Assembly: GCF_006345805.1 (NCBI RefSeq)
Contig: NC_042998.1
Coordinates: 97,898,001-97,962,000 of the forward strand
Source of the DNA: Octopus sinensis
Taxonomy: Eukaryota
DNA: 64,000 nt
Direction of reading: 5' to 3'
The notes under the pieces were generated by a model. The model was not told the DNA's origin, searched no databases, and worked only from the letters and a program-made list of their open reading frames with translations. Made by a program: the position numbers and the translations under genes. Below, piece by piece: positions 12,507-24,614 of this stretch; positions within the stretch are counted from its first letter, which is position 1; the number at the start of each line of letters is the position of its first letter.

Positions 12507-12606
12507 NNNNNNNNNNNNNNNNNNNNNNNNNNNNNNNNNNNNNNNNNNNNNNNNNNNNNNNNNNNNNNNNNNNNNNNNNNNNNNNNNNNNNNNNNNNNNN
12601 NNNNNN
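12507..12606. other. Assembly gap (100 N)
   Basis: Run of N. Confidence 1.
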
Positions 12607-12666
12607 ATTTCTCTGTCGCGCCCGATTTATATGTTTAATAGTATTTATCAATGTCTGATACATTAC

Positions 12667-13091
12667 TTCTTTTAGCTTTTACTTGTTTCTGTCGCCATGC
12701 TGGGGCACCGCATGACTCGACCCCGGTACTTATCTTTTTTAAGCCTGGTACTTATTCTATCGGTCTCTTTTGCCGAACCGCCAAGTTACGGGGGCGTAAA
12801 CACATCAACACCGGTTGTCAAGTGGTAGTGGGGTACAAACACAGACACAAAGACACTTTCACACACACACGCACTGCCTCTCTTTCTCTCACACACACAC
12901 ACACACATACACTTACACACACACACTTACACACGCATATCTATATATTTATATGACGGGTTTCTTTTCTACCAAGTCCACTCACGAGGCTCGAGTCTAT
13001 AGTAGAAGACACTTGCCCAAGGTGCCACATTGTGGGACTGAAGCCATGTAATTAGGATGTAGGACCCTTACCACTCAGAAACACTTGCGCC
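12667..13091 (-). mobile_element. tRNA-derived SINE, family B (internal microsatellite)
   Basis: Shared blocks CCGTAACTTAGCGGTTCGGCAAAA and CTTGGGCAAGTGTCTTCTACTATAG, central (CA)n. Confidence 0.9.
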
Positions 13092-13139
13092 TATATATTT
13101 AAAAATTTCCAATCAATCTATCAGAATCGGTGACCAATA

Positions 13140-14240
13140 CTAATAATTTTTTTATTTACCGTGTATGGAGGAAGCAACAATACCCATGGTCTGAGCAGGT
13201 GAAATTGATACCATTAATGTTTCTCTTGGCTGGGAAGGAAGGACTGAGCATAGTGTTTATTGTAGGGTCTGAAGATTTGAGCAGAGGAGCAATGAGAAGA
13301 AAGATTAGTTGGAAATAGTTGAGAGGAAGTAGCATAAGTCCAACCAGATCTGAGGAACAGATATAGTATCTGTACAAACGGTAGAGAATGTGAAGAGTAC
13401 GCCAGTAGCCTTGAAGCTGGAGCATGTCTGTGAATGATCTTGTGATAATCTGTCGGGTAACCGTTTTCTAGATGCGGTCGAGGATATTTGTGTGCTGCAG
13501 CAGAACCATCTCAGATGTGAAAGCAATACTCCATTGTAAGCATTCCTTGAACTTCCAGGAGTATGAATAACTGTTTGACGGGGTTTGAAAACTCTTCTGG
13601 TCTTGAAGAGTCAGTCGTTAGAACGCAGTCATAACTATGTCAAGGATACATCTGCGCCAGAAGAGATCCTCAGTAATAAAGCGATCGAACACTGTGAGTG
13701 ATTGTGAGAATCCATGTTTAGTGCAACTGATAACTAAGGGCTATGTGTGAAGTTTTCTTGAAATTTGTAACATTTGTATTGTTTTATAGATGAAAGAAAT
13801 AAGATTGACATTGAAGGAGGCTGTCAAGGTTTCTGTTCATGGAGTCAGTGATATTTACGTGCGAGTGTATGATGCATGCTTGAGGAATATTAAGGACGAA
13901 TGAAGGGTAGTATAAGCTGAGTGAGAGTGGGCGTTGCTGGACGTGACAGAAAGGAAGTCATTGATGTACAGAATGATGAGAGTAGAGGACAAAACTAAAC
14001 CCTGTGACATGCCGGAATTTATAGAATTAGAGAGAAAAAAAAGGAGCTCCGATAGTATACGATCTGATAGAATAAGCCGATCCAAGAGAATAGAGGCAGA
14101 TAAAGTCCGTATGCGGGTACTTTCGATAGGGGATTCGCATGCTAGATACTATCGAAAGCATTCTTGATGTCGAGGCCGAAAGCACTGCTTTCGCCAAATT
14201 TCTCCAAGACAAGAACCAAGACAAGAAATGGTGGGCGACA
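13140..14240 (-). pseudogene. CR1/L2-group LINE RT to 3' end, decayed
   Basis: [51 protein letters not shown] (VPQGSVL/FIND motif). Confidence 0.85.
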
Positions 14241-14294
14241 GAGGAAAGTAGTTCATCAGTAAATCTGATTGTTTAAAACCCATATTGATGGACG

Positions 14295-14295
14295 T

Positions 14296-14392
<97 letters not shown>
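14295..14392. repeat. (AG)n microsatellite
   Basis: Direct sequence. Confidence 0.98.
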
Positions 14393-14394
<2 letters not shown>

Positions 14395-15779
14395 CGGAAT
14401 AAAGTTTGTGATATTGAATAGAGTATATAACTCTCCTGCAAATATTTGCGTTATGTCTCCGATTTACTAATTTCTGTTATCTTTTTTTTATTTATTTTGC
14501 ATCTACTAAATAGTGTTTGTTATGTGTATAATTTTATTATTTATAAGATGTATTTCTCTTTCTGTTTTGTAAATCCTTAATTTCATTTGACTTGTTATTA
14601 CCGCACCAACAGTCCATTTTATCGAGATACTAAACTGCTGTTGAATTTTTTTTTATAAAATAAGATATACAAATAAAACACACACACACACACAGAAAAG
14701 AAAGAAAGAGCAAAGTAAAACACAAAAGGTTTATCTAGTTTAAATGAAGTCTCAATACCTTTGTCTTGTCAATAACTTACGCAAGCCATTCTTTGTGACT
14801 TTAATCACAGAGATTATAGAGAAAACGGACGACTCAATGGAATAACATTAAAAAATCCATATAAAGTAGATTAGAAAATTGACCGACACAATAAGTTTTG
14901 TTAAATTTTCATGGTACAAGTATTCAATTATACAAATTTTCATTGTAGCGAATATAGTCAACACGATAGCACCCCAATTACAGCGTTTGAACTATTTACA
15001 TTATCTAATGTATGTCTCCTTTTCTAGACAGCAGTGTGTATCTTGAAAGAGATTGTGTGATAGTTCTAGCAGATCGAGCGATCATGTAGAAGCTATCTCG
15101 TTGGAAAGTATAGAGTAAATACAGCCAATTAATATATGGGTATTACTTGACTCCTGGGAGATGAAAAGCAAAGTGGGGGGTTGTAAATTGTGATCTCAGA
15201 AGATTAAAAAGTAAAGCAAAATAAGAAGTTGAGAGTCATTTAGTTCAGAATTAAAATCACAGGTATAGAAGTCTCCTAAATTAATTATATCAATTGTACA
15301 AATAGATATATTTGAAAGTTATTAACATAAAGTTTTGGAAATAAATTATTGGCCTTCAAATATCCTATGGCAAACGAAACCACAAACCATACAATAGCTA
15401 AAAGCAAGAAGCTTCAAAAAGGAAAATAAAAATTATTATAGAGTGAGTAAAAAAACATTATCACAGAGCCGAATATTTTAATACTTCCACATATTTGGGG
15501 GACAACTCCATATATATATTAGTTCTTATTAGCCTACTCATTCAAACAGGCTTTACTGCAGTTGCCGACGTAGAATAACTAAATAAGTGTAATTTCCAGT
15601 TGTGATTCATTTATTATAAACCATATAATTTTACGAACAAAATAGCTAGTAGCTTTCTTGTTAAAGAATTTACTTGAATACAGTTAAGGTATAATCATAT
15701 ATGATCAAACTAGTTGTGATGTATAGTTTCTTTTTAAATTTCATTACAAGCGTCAGTCTTACGGGCAATATACATACAT

Positions 15780-15833
<54 letters not shown>

Positions 15834-16270
15834 GAGAGAGAGAAAGAGAGACAGAGAGAGACAGAGACAGAAAGCTTGTGTGTTGGAAGATCTGTCTTTA
15901 CACAGGAATTAGAGAACGAACTTAAGTATGATATCAAAAATTAAAACAAAAGCTAAAACCAAATTTCACGATAGTATATGATAAAATGATAACAGATCTT
16001 TTTCGCAAACGTCAAATCTCACAATGTATTTGTACAGCATCTGCACACAAACACGAGTAAATGTAGACTACAGCTCTTACGCATGTGTCAATAAATAAAA
16101 TGACTTGTATGTTTGTGCGCCCGTGTGTGTATGTTCGTGTATGTGCGTACGTGTGTGTGCGTACGCATATATATATAATGCATACATACGAAACTCATAT
16201 ACATACAAATAGACGCATATATACATATATATATATTCTTTATTGGAACGGTAGATATCGAAGTACGTAC

Positions 16271-16387
16271 AGCTATAAATAATACCCTGTAAATATTGGG
16301 TCAAGAAACCCTTTGCATAGAATAAGGTCGAATGTTCCAATCTAAAAGATTTTTCAACCCAATATTTACAAGCTATTATTTGTAGCT
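16271..16387. repeat. 117-bp foldback with ~31-bp imperfect inverted arms
   Basis: TGTAAATATTGGGT (16288-16301) pairs with 16357-16370; AGCTATAAATAATA pairs with 16374-16387 with one mismatch. Confidence 0.75.
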
Positions 16388-16563
16388 TTATCTGCTTCGA
16401 GATACAGTGTTCCAAAAGAAGACTTATTTCACATTCTCTTGAAGCTTGTGAATTCTTATACCGTCAGTAATACACACATACACACAAACACACACACACG
16501 CCCGCCCGCCTGCGTACACACAAACACAAAAAGCACACACCACACACACACACACACACATAT

Positions 16564-16618
<55 letters not shown>

Positions 16619-17180
16619 GGGAGAGGGGTATGAGAGTGACTGTGAGAGACAGGAATATAGAAAAATGAGTATCAATATAGATATGAACATGTATAAACAG
16701 ACAACATGCACACACACACATAAGTACACATACACACACGCCTAAGTTTGATCTCAATCATTGACAATGCAATGACAGATAACATGCATGCGTCAATCTA
16801 CGTCAGAAGACGACCATTCGTCAAGTTTAAGATTTCTTCATTGTTGACTTCACCGGCCATTTAGATTGTTGATCGGTATTTTCTTTTCTGTTGATCTTTT
16901 ATAACTTCATCCGACTTATGGTCTCCTTTTATATCATCTCAAACTATTTGTAGAATACTTAATCTTCCTTAGAGATAATATTTCGCGATGCTTAATCTCG
17001 AACCATCATTATCTGTGTTGAAACGTGACTAAGAACTTTGCAACAGACTAGATATAATCTAGAGAGACTTAGAAATGATAATATTTCTATTTTTGAAAAC
17101 CAGTGGATGTATTACACTGAATTTAGGTAAATAATCCTTCGAACAGACGGTCAGTACCGACGCCTGCTGGGTTCGGCTAC

Positions 17181-17224
17181 TCTGCATTGATAAAGTGCAA
17201 AATACCCCGAAACATGTCTGCAGA
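17181..17224 (+). ncRNA. Minimal type I hammerhead, U3:A8 variant, damaged stem II
   Basis: TCTGCA|TTGATAA|AGTGCAAAATACCCC|GAAA|CATG|TC|TGCAGA; 6-bp stem I, palindromic ACATGT stem III, GUC site. Confidence 0.65.
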
Positions 17225-17382
17225 TGCCTGACCAGCAAGGAAAAGCGGCTGACCTCCCCTGTTCGAAGGTTATAATGGACACAGGTTTGTGTGTCATATA
17301 GCTAGCTAGAGGCGATGGCCTCTTGGAACTAATCAACGGCAGCTTTCGTCCTATATTTATGGGAGCCATATTAGCTTGGCGA

Positions 17383-17385
<3 letters not shown>

Positions 17386-17458
<73 letters not shown>

Positions 17459-17557
17459 GTATGTGTATGTATATATGTATGTATGTATGTATATATATAT
17501 ATATATGTATATATATATGTATGTATATATATATATGTATATATATGTATGTATATA

Positions 17558-17603
<46 letters not shown>

Positions 17604-17760
17604 GTGTGTGTATATATATATATGTGTGTGTGTGTGTGTATATATATATGTGTGTGTGTATATATATATATATATGTGTGTGTGTTGTGTGTATATATGT
17701 GTGTGTGTGTGTGTGCGTGCGTGCGTGCGTGTGTGTGTGTGTGTGTGTGTGCGTGTGTAT
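17386..17760. repeat. Compound (TA)/(TATG)/(TG) microsatellite
   Basis: Direct sequence. Confidence 0.98.
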
Positions 17761-17798
17761 ACGTGAGCATGTTTTACACACTAACACTCACACACGCA

Positions 17799-17841
17799 CA
17801 GTGACTTTGAAGTTTCGGCCTGCTATGCCATCATCGGTTTG
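17799..17841 (-). ncRNA. Degenerate type I hammerhead
   Basis: Minus: CAAA|CCGATGA|T|GGC-ATAGCAG-GCC|GAAA|CTTCAAAG|TC|ACTG; U4 mutated, stem I partly lost. Confidence 0.45.
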
Positions 17842-17977
17842 ACGGGCCAAAATTTCGAAGTTATGGTTACTGCTATTTTCCTTAAAGAATAAAGTATATG
17901 TACTATTCAGAACTTTATAGTAATCCTTCCGTTTAATGTAAAATTGTTTGCTTTGTAACAAGACGTAAAACAAGCAT

Positions 17978-18020
<43 letters not shown>

Positions 18021-18179
18021 GCATACACACACACACAGACACACACACACACACACACATATATATGAAAGTCTTTGTGAAAATTACGTAATACAGTTTT
18101 TAAGTATAAAGGGTTTTTTTTAATATTTAAAAAACAGTTATAAAATCTTTTACCAGAATGTTACTAACCTTTTTACAAG

Positions 18180-18182
18180 AAG

Positions 18183-18255
<73 letters not shown>

Positions 18256-18310
18256 CATACATACATACATACATACATACATACATACATACATACATAC
18301 ATACATACAC
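18180..18310. repeat. (GATA)n(CATA)n microsatellite
   Basis: Direct sequence. Confidence 0.98.
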
Positions 18311-18666
18311 ATGCGCACAGACATATACGTATGTATGTATGATTGAATGTGCTCGACGTACAACAATTAAACTATTCAGGTTTTGGCTCTAATGTTAATT
18401 GTATTAAGCCCCCATCGTCGCTAGTACACACAGGTCGTCTGTATCCGAGAATAAGCTATGAGGTACTACAAAGAGCAGAGCAATTATAAGAGAAGAGAAC
18501 ATAGGCATTGACTTGGTACTCCTTTATTTCATTTGTTACATGTGTTACAATATTCAGCAACATTTGACGTCACCCTAAAGATGCAGCCATATGACGATGT
18601 TTCCGCACCATGCTAGCTCTAACAACTGAAATTCAAGTCAAGGTCTATGTTCATATATATATATAT

Positions 18667-18761
<95 letters not shown>

Positions 18762-18789
18762 CACACATGTACATACATACGTATATATG

Positions 18790-18975
18790 TATATATTGGT
18801 ACAGGACGTCGCAAAAACGTAAACAAACATGAAATACGAAAATAACGTTGGGTACGCAAGAAACGAGAGAAACGAATGGAAAACAAAATAAGTAACATAA
18901 AAAAACGACCCTTCATCAGTTGTTGGCTGTCCTTCTGCTCCTTATTTCGAGCTTTCAAGCAACAAGATAAGACTT
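18790..18975 (-). repeat. Dispersed repeat related to 59310-59480 and 26160-26350 (possibly PLE terminal-repeat derived)
   Basis: Shared CCTTCATCAGTTGT..GCTGTC..CT.CTCCT.ATTTCGAG block with 59425-59470. Confidence 0.55.
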
Positions 18976-19193
18976 TGAAGGCAGTTGCTCCCGCGAACCG
19001 AATTAACATAATTTGGGATTTGTGGAGAGTCAAAGTTGGTAACAATAACAGGACATACAACAAACCAAACCAAACGAATGCAAACAAGGAGAACCATTAG
19101 GTACAGACGAGGTAAAAATGGTGAACGCATATATGGAAATAAATAGAGAGAATGGAGAATGAAAAAATGTGTCCAACATGGCGATATATATAT

Positions 19194-19260
<67 letters not shown>

Positions 19261-19324
19261 CCACCGAAAAGTGTTGTGGTTTATACCACCCTTTTCTCTA
19301 AAAGTACGTAAGATTTTACTTAGC

Positions 19325-19850
19325 TTAGTAGACAAGCACTTCCCCCGTACAAATAGATTCAGCAAAGTATTTGATAGGTACAACCTGAGAATTTCCTTTA
19401 GTTGTGCACCCAATGTAAAAAAGGATTTTAACAGGTAGGCCCACCTGAGACAGGGGCAGGATGCTCATGTAGGGGTAGTACATGTCCACGGAGACTCGAA
19501 TATGAGGCTGAGGTAAACAGCAACAGGACCAAATGGGCAAATATGTGGGAGCGACAGAAGACACCTTCAGAACCCACTATAACAACCGCAAGTCCTCCTT
19601 CAACATTCCGGAAATATGTAACGCCACAACCCTGGCCAAGCAAGTATGGCCATTGAAAGAAAGCGCCACCGAATATAGCATAAAGTGGAAAATTCTAAAG
19701 AAATGTAAAGCGCACTCTAATAGCAGCAGGAAGTGCAGATTATGTTTGGCTGAGAAAAGAGCCATTTTAAAGAGCACCCAGGCATTTACATCATTAACAG
19801 AAGTGAAATTTTTAATCCTTACCCGTATGAAAAGAAGTACATCCTATCAT
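19325..19850 (+). pseudogene. Penelope-like linker and GIY-YIG endonuclease fragment
   Basis: LVDKHFP...ISFSCAPN, CSCR..CP, YVGATEDTFRTHYNNRKSSF...KWKILKK...CRLCLAEK. Confidence 0.9.
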
Positions 19851-20430
19851 ACCTGTGCCCCATCATGACTATATTCACCAGTCTCCCAACTTCAACTTCG
19901 GCCTTCCATCAATACCTGGGAGTCCGGCAAAGAGTTTGACCAGAGCATACACTAACGTATCCACAAACAAACACGCACACCCCAGCACGGTCGACAGCTA
20001 CCCAGGAGATTTTCCCCCACTATCCCCAATATATTCTCCCATACATTGTACCCCTACTCACAACGCACGCACACATAAATGCCCCACAAATGTAACCAAT
20101 ACATAAATGAACGGAAGCACATTAACGAACCCAGCTGGGTATGTCCCACCCCGCAAAAGCTATACATATAGCACCACTACACATATTTCATTTCCATATG
20201 AACACCAAACTTAAAGACACACATTTCGCACAGCAACTTTTTTCCAGATAACTCTTGCCGACTTGCAACAAAATCACCCCCAGAGAGGTTGTTTTGGTAC
20301 CAAAGGCATAACTCTTAGCTCAGTCCCCTGCTCGATTCCTTTCATCATTTTTTTCACACACAACCACACACTGGATGTGTCTATTCACCCCTAACAATAG
20401 AGAGCAGTCGCCATATTTTATTCTATGACG

Positions 20431-20525
20431 GCTACCTCTGATGAGTGCAGGGTTACATAATCGGACTTTTACCTAACACTTCGTTGAACTCCTTGTGCGA
20501 AACTAACTGTTAAGACTAGTCGTAA
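20431..20525 (+). ncRNA. Hammerhead-like fold downstream of the GIY-YIG ORF
   Basis: CTGATGA 20438-20444; GTGCAGGG/CCTTGTGC stem II; GAAA 20499-20502; ACTA/TAGT stem III; GUC 20519-20521; stem I poor in this copy. Confidence 0.55.
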
Positions 20526-20564
20526 TGGATATATAATACTGTACACTTCAATTCATATATATAT

Positions 20565-21237
20565 GAGTGCATTCAACGTGCCCTTCAACTTAACATCAAG
20601 GAACTGAGACATCCCAAATCAAAGAAAAATTACAACCAAAAGCCTTACCATACATCTCCACACACAACCCTCTCAATAACGAAGCCTTCGACACCATCCT
20701 CCACACATACCCCTAAAAAAAAGACCACAGAATGAACACAATCCTCCAAACACACACGATCATAAAAAGCAAAAGACAGCCTAGATCCATGAAAAGTCTC
20801 CTTACACAAGCCCGAATTCACTCCTCACACAGAAGCCGACAGTAAAAAAATGTGGAAGACCCAATTGCGGGATATGCGACTATCTAATTGAGGGATCAGA
20901 GTTCTCCTTCAAGCAGGGACAACGGTTTACAGTGAAAAGCAACTTCAATGTGCTTCGGAGAACCTAATATACTCACCTCCGGGTGTCAAGAGCAGTACAT
21001 AGGCCAAACAAAAAATGGTTGCGTAAACGAATGGCCCTGCACAGATCCCAGATAAAAATTCCCCAAAACAGAAAAAAATACCTTTTAGCCAACACATAGA
21101 TACTTGCGCCACAAAAAAAACACCAAACTTCAGAATTTTCCCCCTCTACCAATTTAGGGACGATACAACCTCGAGACAACGAATAAGTAAAGAAAATCTC
21201 TTTATTACAAAATACAAGCCACTTCTAAACGGGTCTA
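20565..21237 (+). pseudogene. Second Penelope-like C-terminus with GIY-YIG
   Basis: KCGRPNCGICDYL, NLIY, CQEQYIGQTKN, RKRMALHRSQI, HIDTC, KENLFITKYKPLLN. Confidence 0.9.
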
Positions 21238-21354
21238 CGACAAACAATTAAATACCTCAACTTTAGAATAAAAGAAAAAAAATTATACACACACAAATAT
21301 TACACTCCATAGAATCCATTACTAATCAGCCCCTTCATAGCTATACTTACACCC

Positions 21355-21620
21355 ATTCATATTCCCCCTTCTCTGTTTTTTTCTTCTTCTTCTTCTTCCT
21401 CTTCTTCTTCATCATCATCATTATCATCATCATCGTCGTCATCATCATCACCACCATCATCACCACCATCTTCTCCTTCTCCTCCTTCTTCTTCTTCTTT
21501 TCTTCTTCATTATTCTCATCATCGTCGTCATAATCATCACACCACCACCCCCCCATCGTCATCTTCTCCTTCTCCTTCTTCTTCTTCTTCTTCTTCTTCT
21601 TCTTCTTCTACTTCTCCACC
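21355..21620. repeat. (TCT)/(CAT)/(CAC) trinucleotide compound repeat
   Basis: Direct sequence. Confidence 0.9.
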
Positions 21621-21970
21621 CCCTACCCCTTAACTTTGTCACTAATGTTTTTTAGTATAACACCTACGCTAATTCTATAAACAAGCCTGTCAATATAAAT
21701 ATTCTCCTGAATTGAACTGAGACTGCCAGCCGCCACCGACCATTCAAAATACGACCATCAGGGCACTCCCAGATTCTCCCACCCCCCTTTCCCCACCAGC
21801 CTTCTTCCTCTACTACCCTTCCAAGAACTCACAACGACCTCCGACACACAAGTGCAAACAAGGGAGTCAGAGAAAGGCAGAATGCCACTTAAATCTGAAC
21901 ACTATTATAGAAATATTCTTTTAAAAAAACTTTTCTTCTAATTTTTCAAAATTTAATTATTTAATCGTTA

Positions 21971-22008
21971 CAGTTGAAAAGGTCTCAAAATGACCGAAAC
22001 CGGTACTG
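21971..22008 (+). ncRNA. Minimal type I hammerhead, U3:A8 variant
   Basis: CAG|TTGAAAA|GGTC-TCAAAAT-GACC|GAAA|CCGG|TA|CTG; palindromic ACCGGT stem III, GUA site. Confidence 0.7.
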
Positions 22009-22073
22009 AAATGTTCACTATAAAATTATTTTAGCATTTTCTATTTTTGACTTGTTTTTTCATATATATATAT

Positions 22074-22105
<32 letters not shown>

Positions 22106-22234
22106 CACGGACATAAACATACTATCACCGGTTGTCAAGCGATGGTTGAGGACAAACAGACAAATGTTTGTGTATGTGTGTGTGTGTGTGTGTATGTGGT
22201 GTGTGTGTGTGTGTGCGCGCGTGCGTACGTGTCT

Positions 22235-22425
22235 GTATGTCTGTGCTTGTCCCCAACCGGCTTGACAACTGGCAATAGTGTGTTCACGTACCCGTAACTT
22301 AGCGGTTCAGCAAAAATGCCTGATAGAATAAGGAACAGGCTTAAAGAAGTAAGATCTGGTGTCGATTCATTCGACTAAAAATTCTTCAAGACGGTAGCTC
22401 AGCATGACCTTAGTCTAATGACTAT
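22235..22425 (+). mobile_element. SINE family B, 3' half
   Basis: CCCGTAACTTAGCGGTTCAGCAAAA...GATAGAATAAG...TCGACTAAA. Confidence 0.85.
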
Positions 22426-22816
22426 GTATGGATGGATGGATGGATGGATGGATGGATGGATGGATGGATGGATGGATGGATGGATGGATGGGTGGATGGG
22501 TGGGTGGGTGTATGTATAATCATAATAAATATAAGCACAGTGCATATACACTGTCACATAAATCTGATCTCAAACATCGACAATACATGTCCCGAAAATT
22601 TCCTGTAAGACAAATTCGTCATATGGACAGTGATAAAGTGTATTATATCAACATTTTATGAAATAAAAAAGAATGACAAAAGGTTTTATAAAAGCATTAA
22701 ATAGTCAAGATTTTATTCGCTGTCAAAGATTAAAAAATGTGATGAGGTAATGTAAAACGTGATTTCTTACAGCGAATTTTCTTAGGGCAAAAACGCAAGA
22801 AGGCAGGCAGGCACAC

Positions 22817-22849
<33 letters not shown>

Positions 22850-22913
22850 CTATATGTTTTTACATGACCAGACTTTTCGTCCGATGCCACTTTGTCCAAC
22901 TTCACTTCGGCCA

Positions 22914-23102
22914 CGTCTTCTGGTCCGACGTCTTTTTGTCCGATGATTTTTTTTTTGTCCAACGACTTTTTGTCGTATTTTAAATAAACTCTTAAGAAAA
23001 CAATGTGAACATCAAAATCAAATAATCTTTGAGAATTTTATTGATAGGATTTATCGTTGGACAAAAGAATCATTGGACGAAAAGACGTCAGACCAAAAGA
23101 CG
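22914..23102. mobile_element. MITE-like element with ~50-bp TIRs built from ~15-bp subrepeats
   Basis: CGTCTTCTGGTCCGACGTCTTTTTGTCCGATGA is the reverse complement (few mismatches) of 23071-23102; extra TTTGTCCAAC subrepeats upstream. Confidence 0.7.
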
Positions 23103-23219
23103 TTTTACGAATAGCACGGTGCGTGTATGTATGCCAAAATTATCTATTTACAAATTAAAGAGTTACCGTCTAATTTGTTGTTGACCGTTTCTGTGTATGA
23201 TCATCTTGTAATCTATTTA

Positions 23220-23312
<93 letters not shown>

Positions 23313-23339
23313 CATACATACATACAGTTCTGCATACGT

Positions 23340-24614
23340 TCTTTTATTCTTTTACCATTTACACGTTTCAGTCATTTGACTGCTTCCATGCTGGAGTACC
23401 ACTTTAAAAGGTTTTTAGTCGAAAAAATTGACCCCAGGACTTATTCTTTCTAAGCCTAGTACGTATTCTACCGGTCACTTTTGCCGAACCGCAAAGTTAC
23501 AGGGACATAAACACATCGATTGTGTTTGTCCCCCACAGTGATTGTGGGAGACAAACACAGACACAAAGACGCGCACGCGCGCACGCATAAATACATATAC
23601 CTACGAGGGGGTACCCAAAAGTAACCGGAAACGTTCTCTGTGAGACAAACCCGTTGTAGTTCTAGCTTTCGCCGCTAGGAGCCACTTGATGCCCCCGAGG
23701 CATCAGTCTACCGACCGGCGTTGTTCGGTAGGGTTTTACTGCCACGTGGTGCATCTTTGTTTTGCTGTGTTCTCCCTTGTTTGGAGAGTTTTGCGATGGC
23801 TGAAACGAACGAATAGCGTGCTTCCGTGAAATTCTGTTTTCTGCTGGGGAAAACGGCAGCCGAAACAGTTGTCATGCCTCAAACAGCTTACAAGGCTGCT
23901 GCCATGACCAAAACATAAGCTTACAAGTGGTTTCCGTGCTTTAGGAATTGTCACTTGTCGCTTGAAGACCAACCTTGTTCAGGACGACCGTTGACCTCCC
24001 AAACGAATGAAAAAATCACGAAAATTCATGAACTGATCTTGGAGGACTGTCATCGAACAAATGACGAACTTGTTGATATGACTGGTGTGTTCTAGACCTC
24101 CTTCCAACGAATTCTGAGTGAGGAATTGCGGATGAAAAGAGTTGCAGCAAAATTTGTGCCTCGCTTGCTCACGGAAAATCAAAAGCAGTCACGACTGAAT
24201 GCGTGTCGTGGACTGAAAGAACAGTTGGAAGTTGATCTGAATCTTTTTTAGTGACGAAAGCCGGTGCTATGGAATTTGCAGATATGAAAGAGGTGAAGAA
24301 AAAGAACGAGGGAGGCGTTAGAAGGCATCATTTTGCAAGAGTTCCAGGACTGCTTCGAACAGAGGAAAACGCGTCTGGATCGATGCATCGCTTCAAACGG
24401 AGAATACTTTGAAGGCGATAAAGATGTTAACATGTAAAACTAAGTAAATAAAATAATATTGCAGAATTCCAGTTTCTTTTGGATAGCCCCTCGTATACAT
24501 GTATGACGTGCTTCTTTCAGTTTCCGTCTACCGAATCCACTCACAAGGATTTGGTTAGACCAGAACCATATGGTTGGGATGTAAGCTTCTTACTACACAG
24601 CCACATCTGCGCCT
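23340..24614 (-). mobile_element. SINE family B interrupted by a mariner
   Basis: 3' half 23340-23575, tRNA-like head 24500-24614. Confidence 0.85.
23604..24493 (+). mobile_element. Internally deleted mariner (890 bp)
   Basis: TA flanks; TIR CGAGGGGGTACCCAAAAGTAACCGGAA and its counterpart; EQRASVKFCFLLGK...GRP...AKFVPRLL joined to CFEQRKTRLDRCIASNGEYFEG; catalytic core absent. Confidence 0.95.

Noticed and set aside
17357-17842. Many 60-150 aa ORFs rich in YI/HT/CV/ER/LS (here and throughout)
   Set aside because: Translations of dinucleotide and tetranucleotide microsatellites
18900-18975. Minus-strand GAAA ... CUGAUGA arrangement (also 59425-59470 and 26300-26345)
   Set aside because: Stems I and II do not close in any HHR topology
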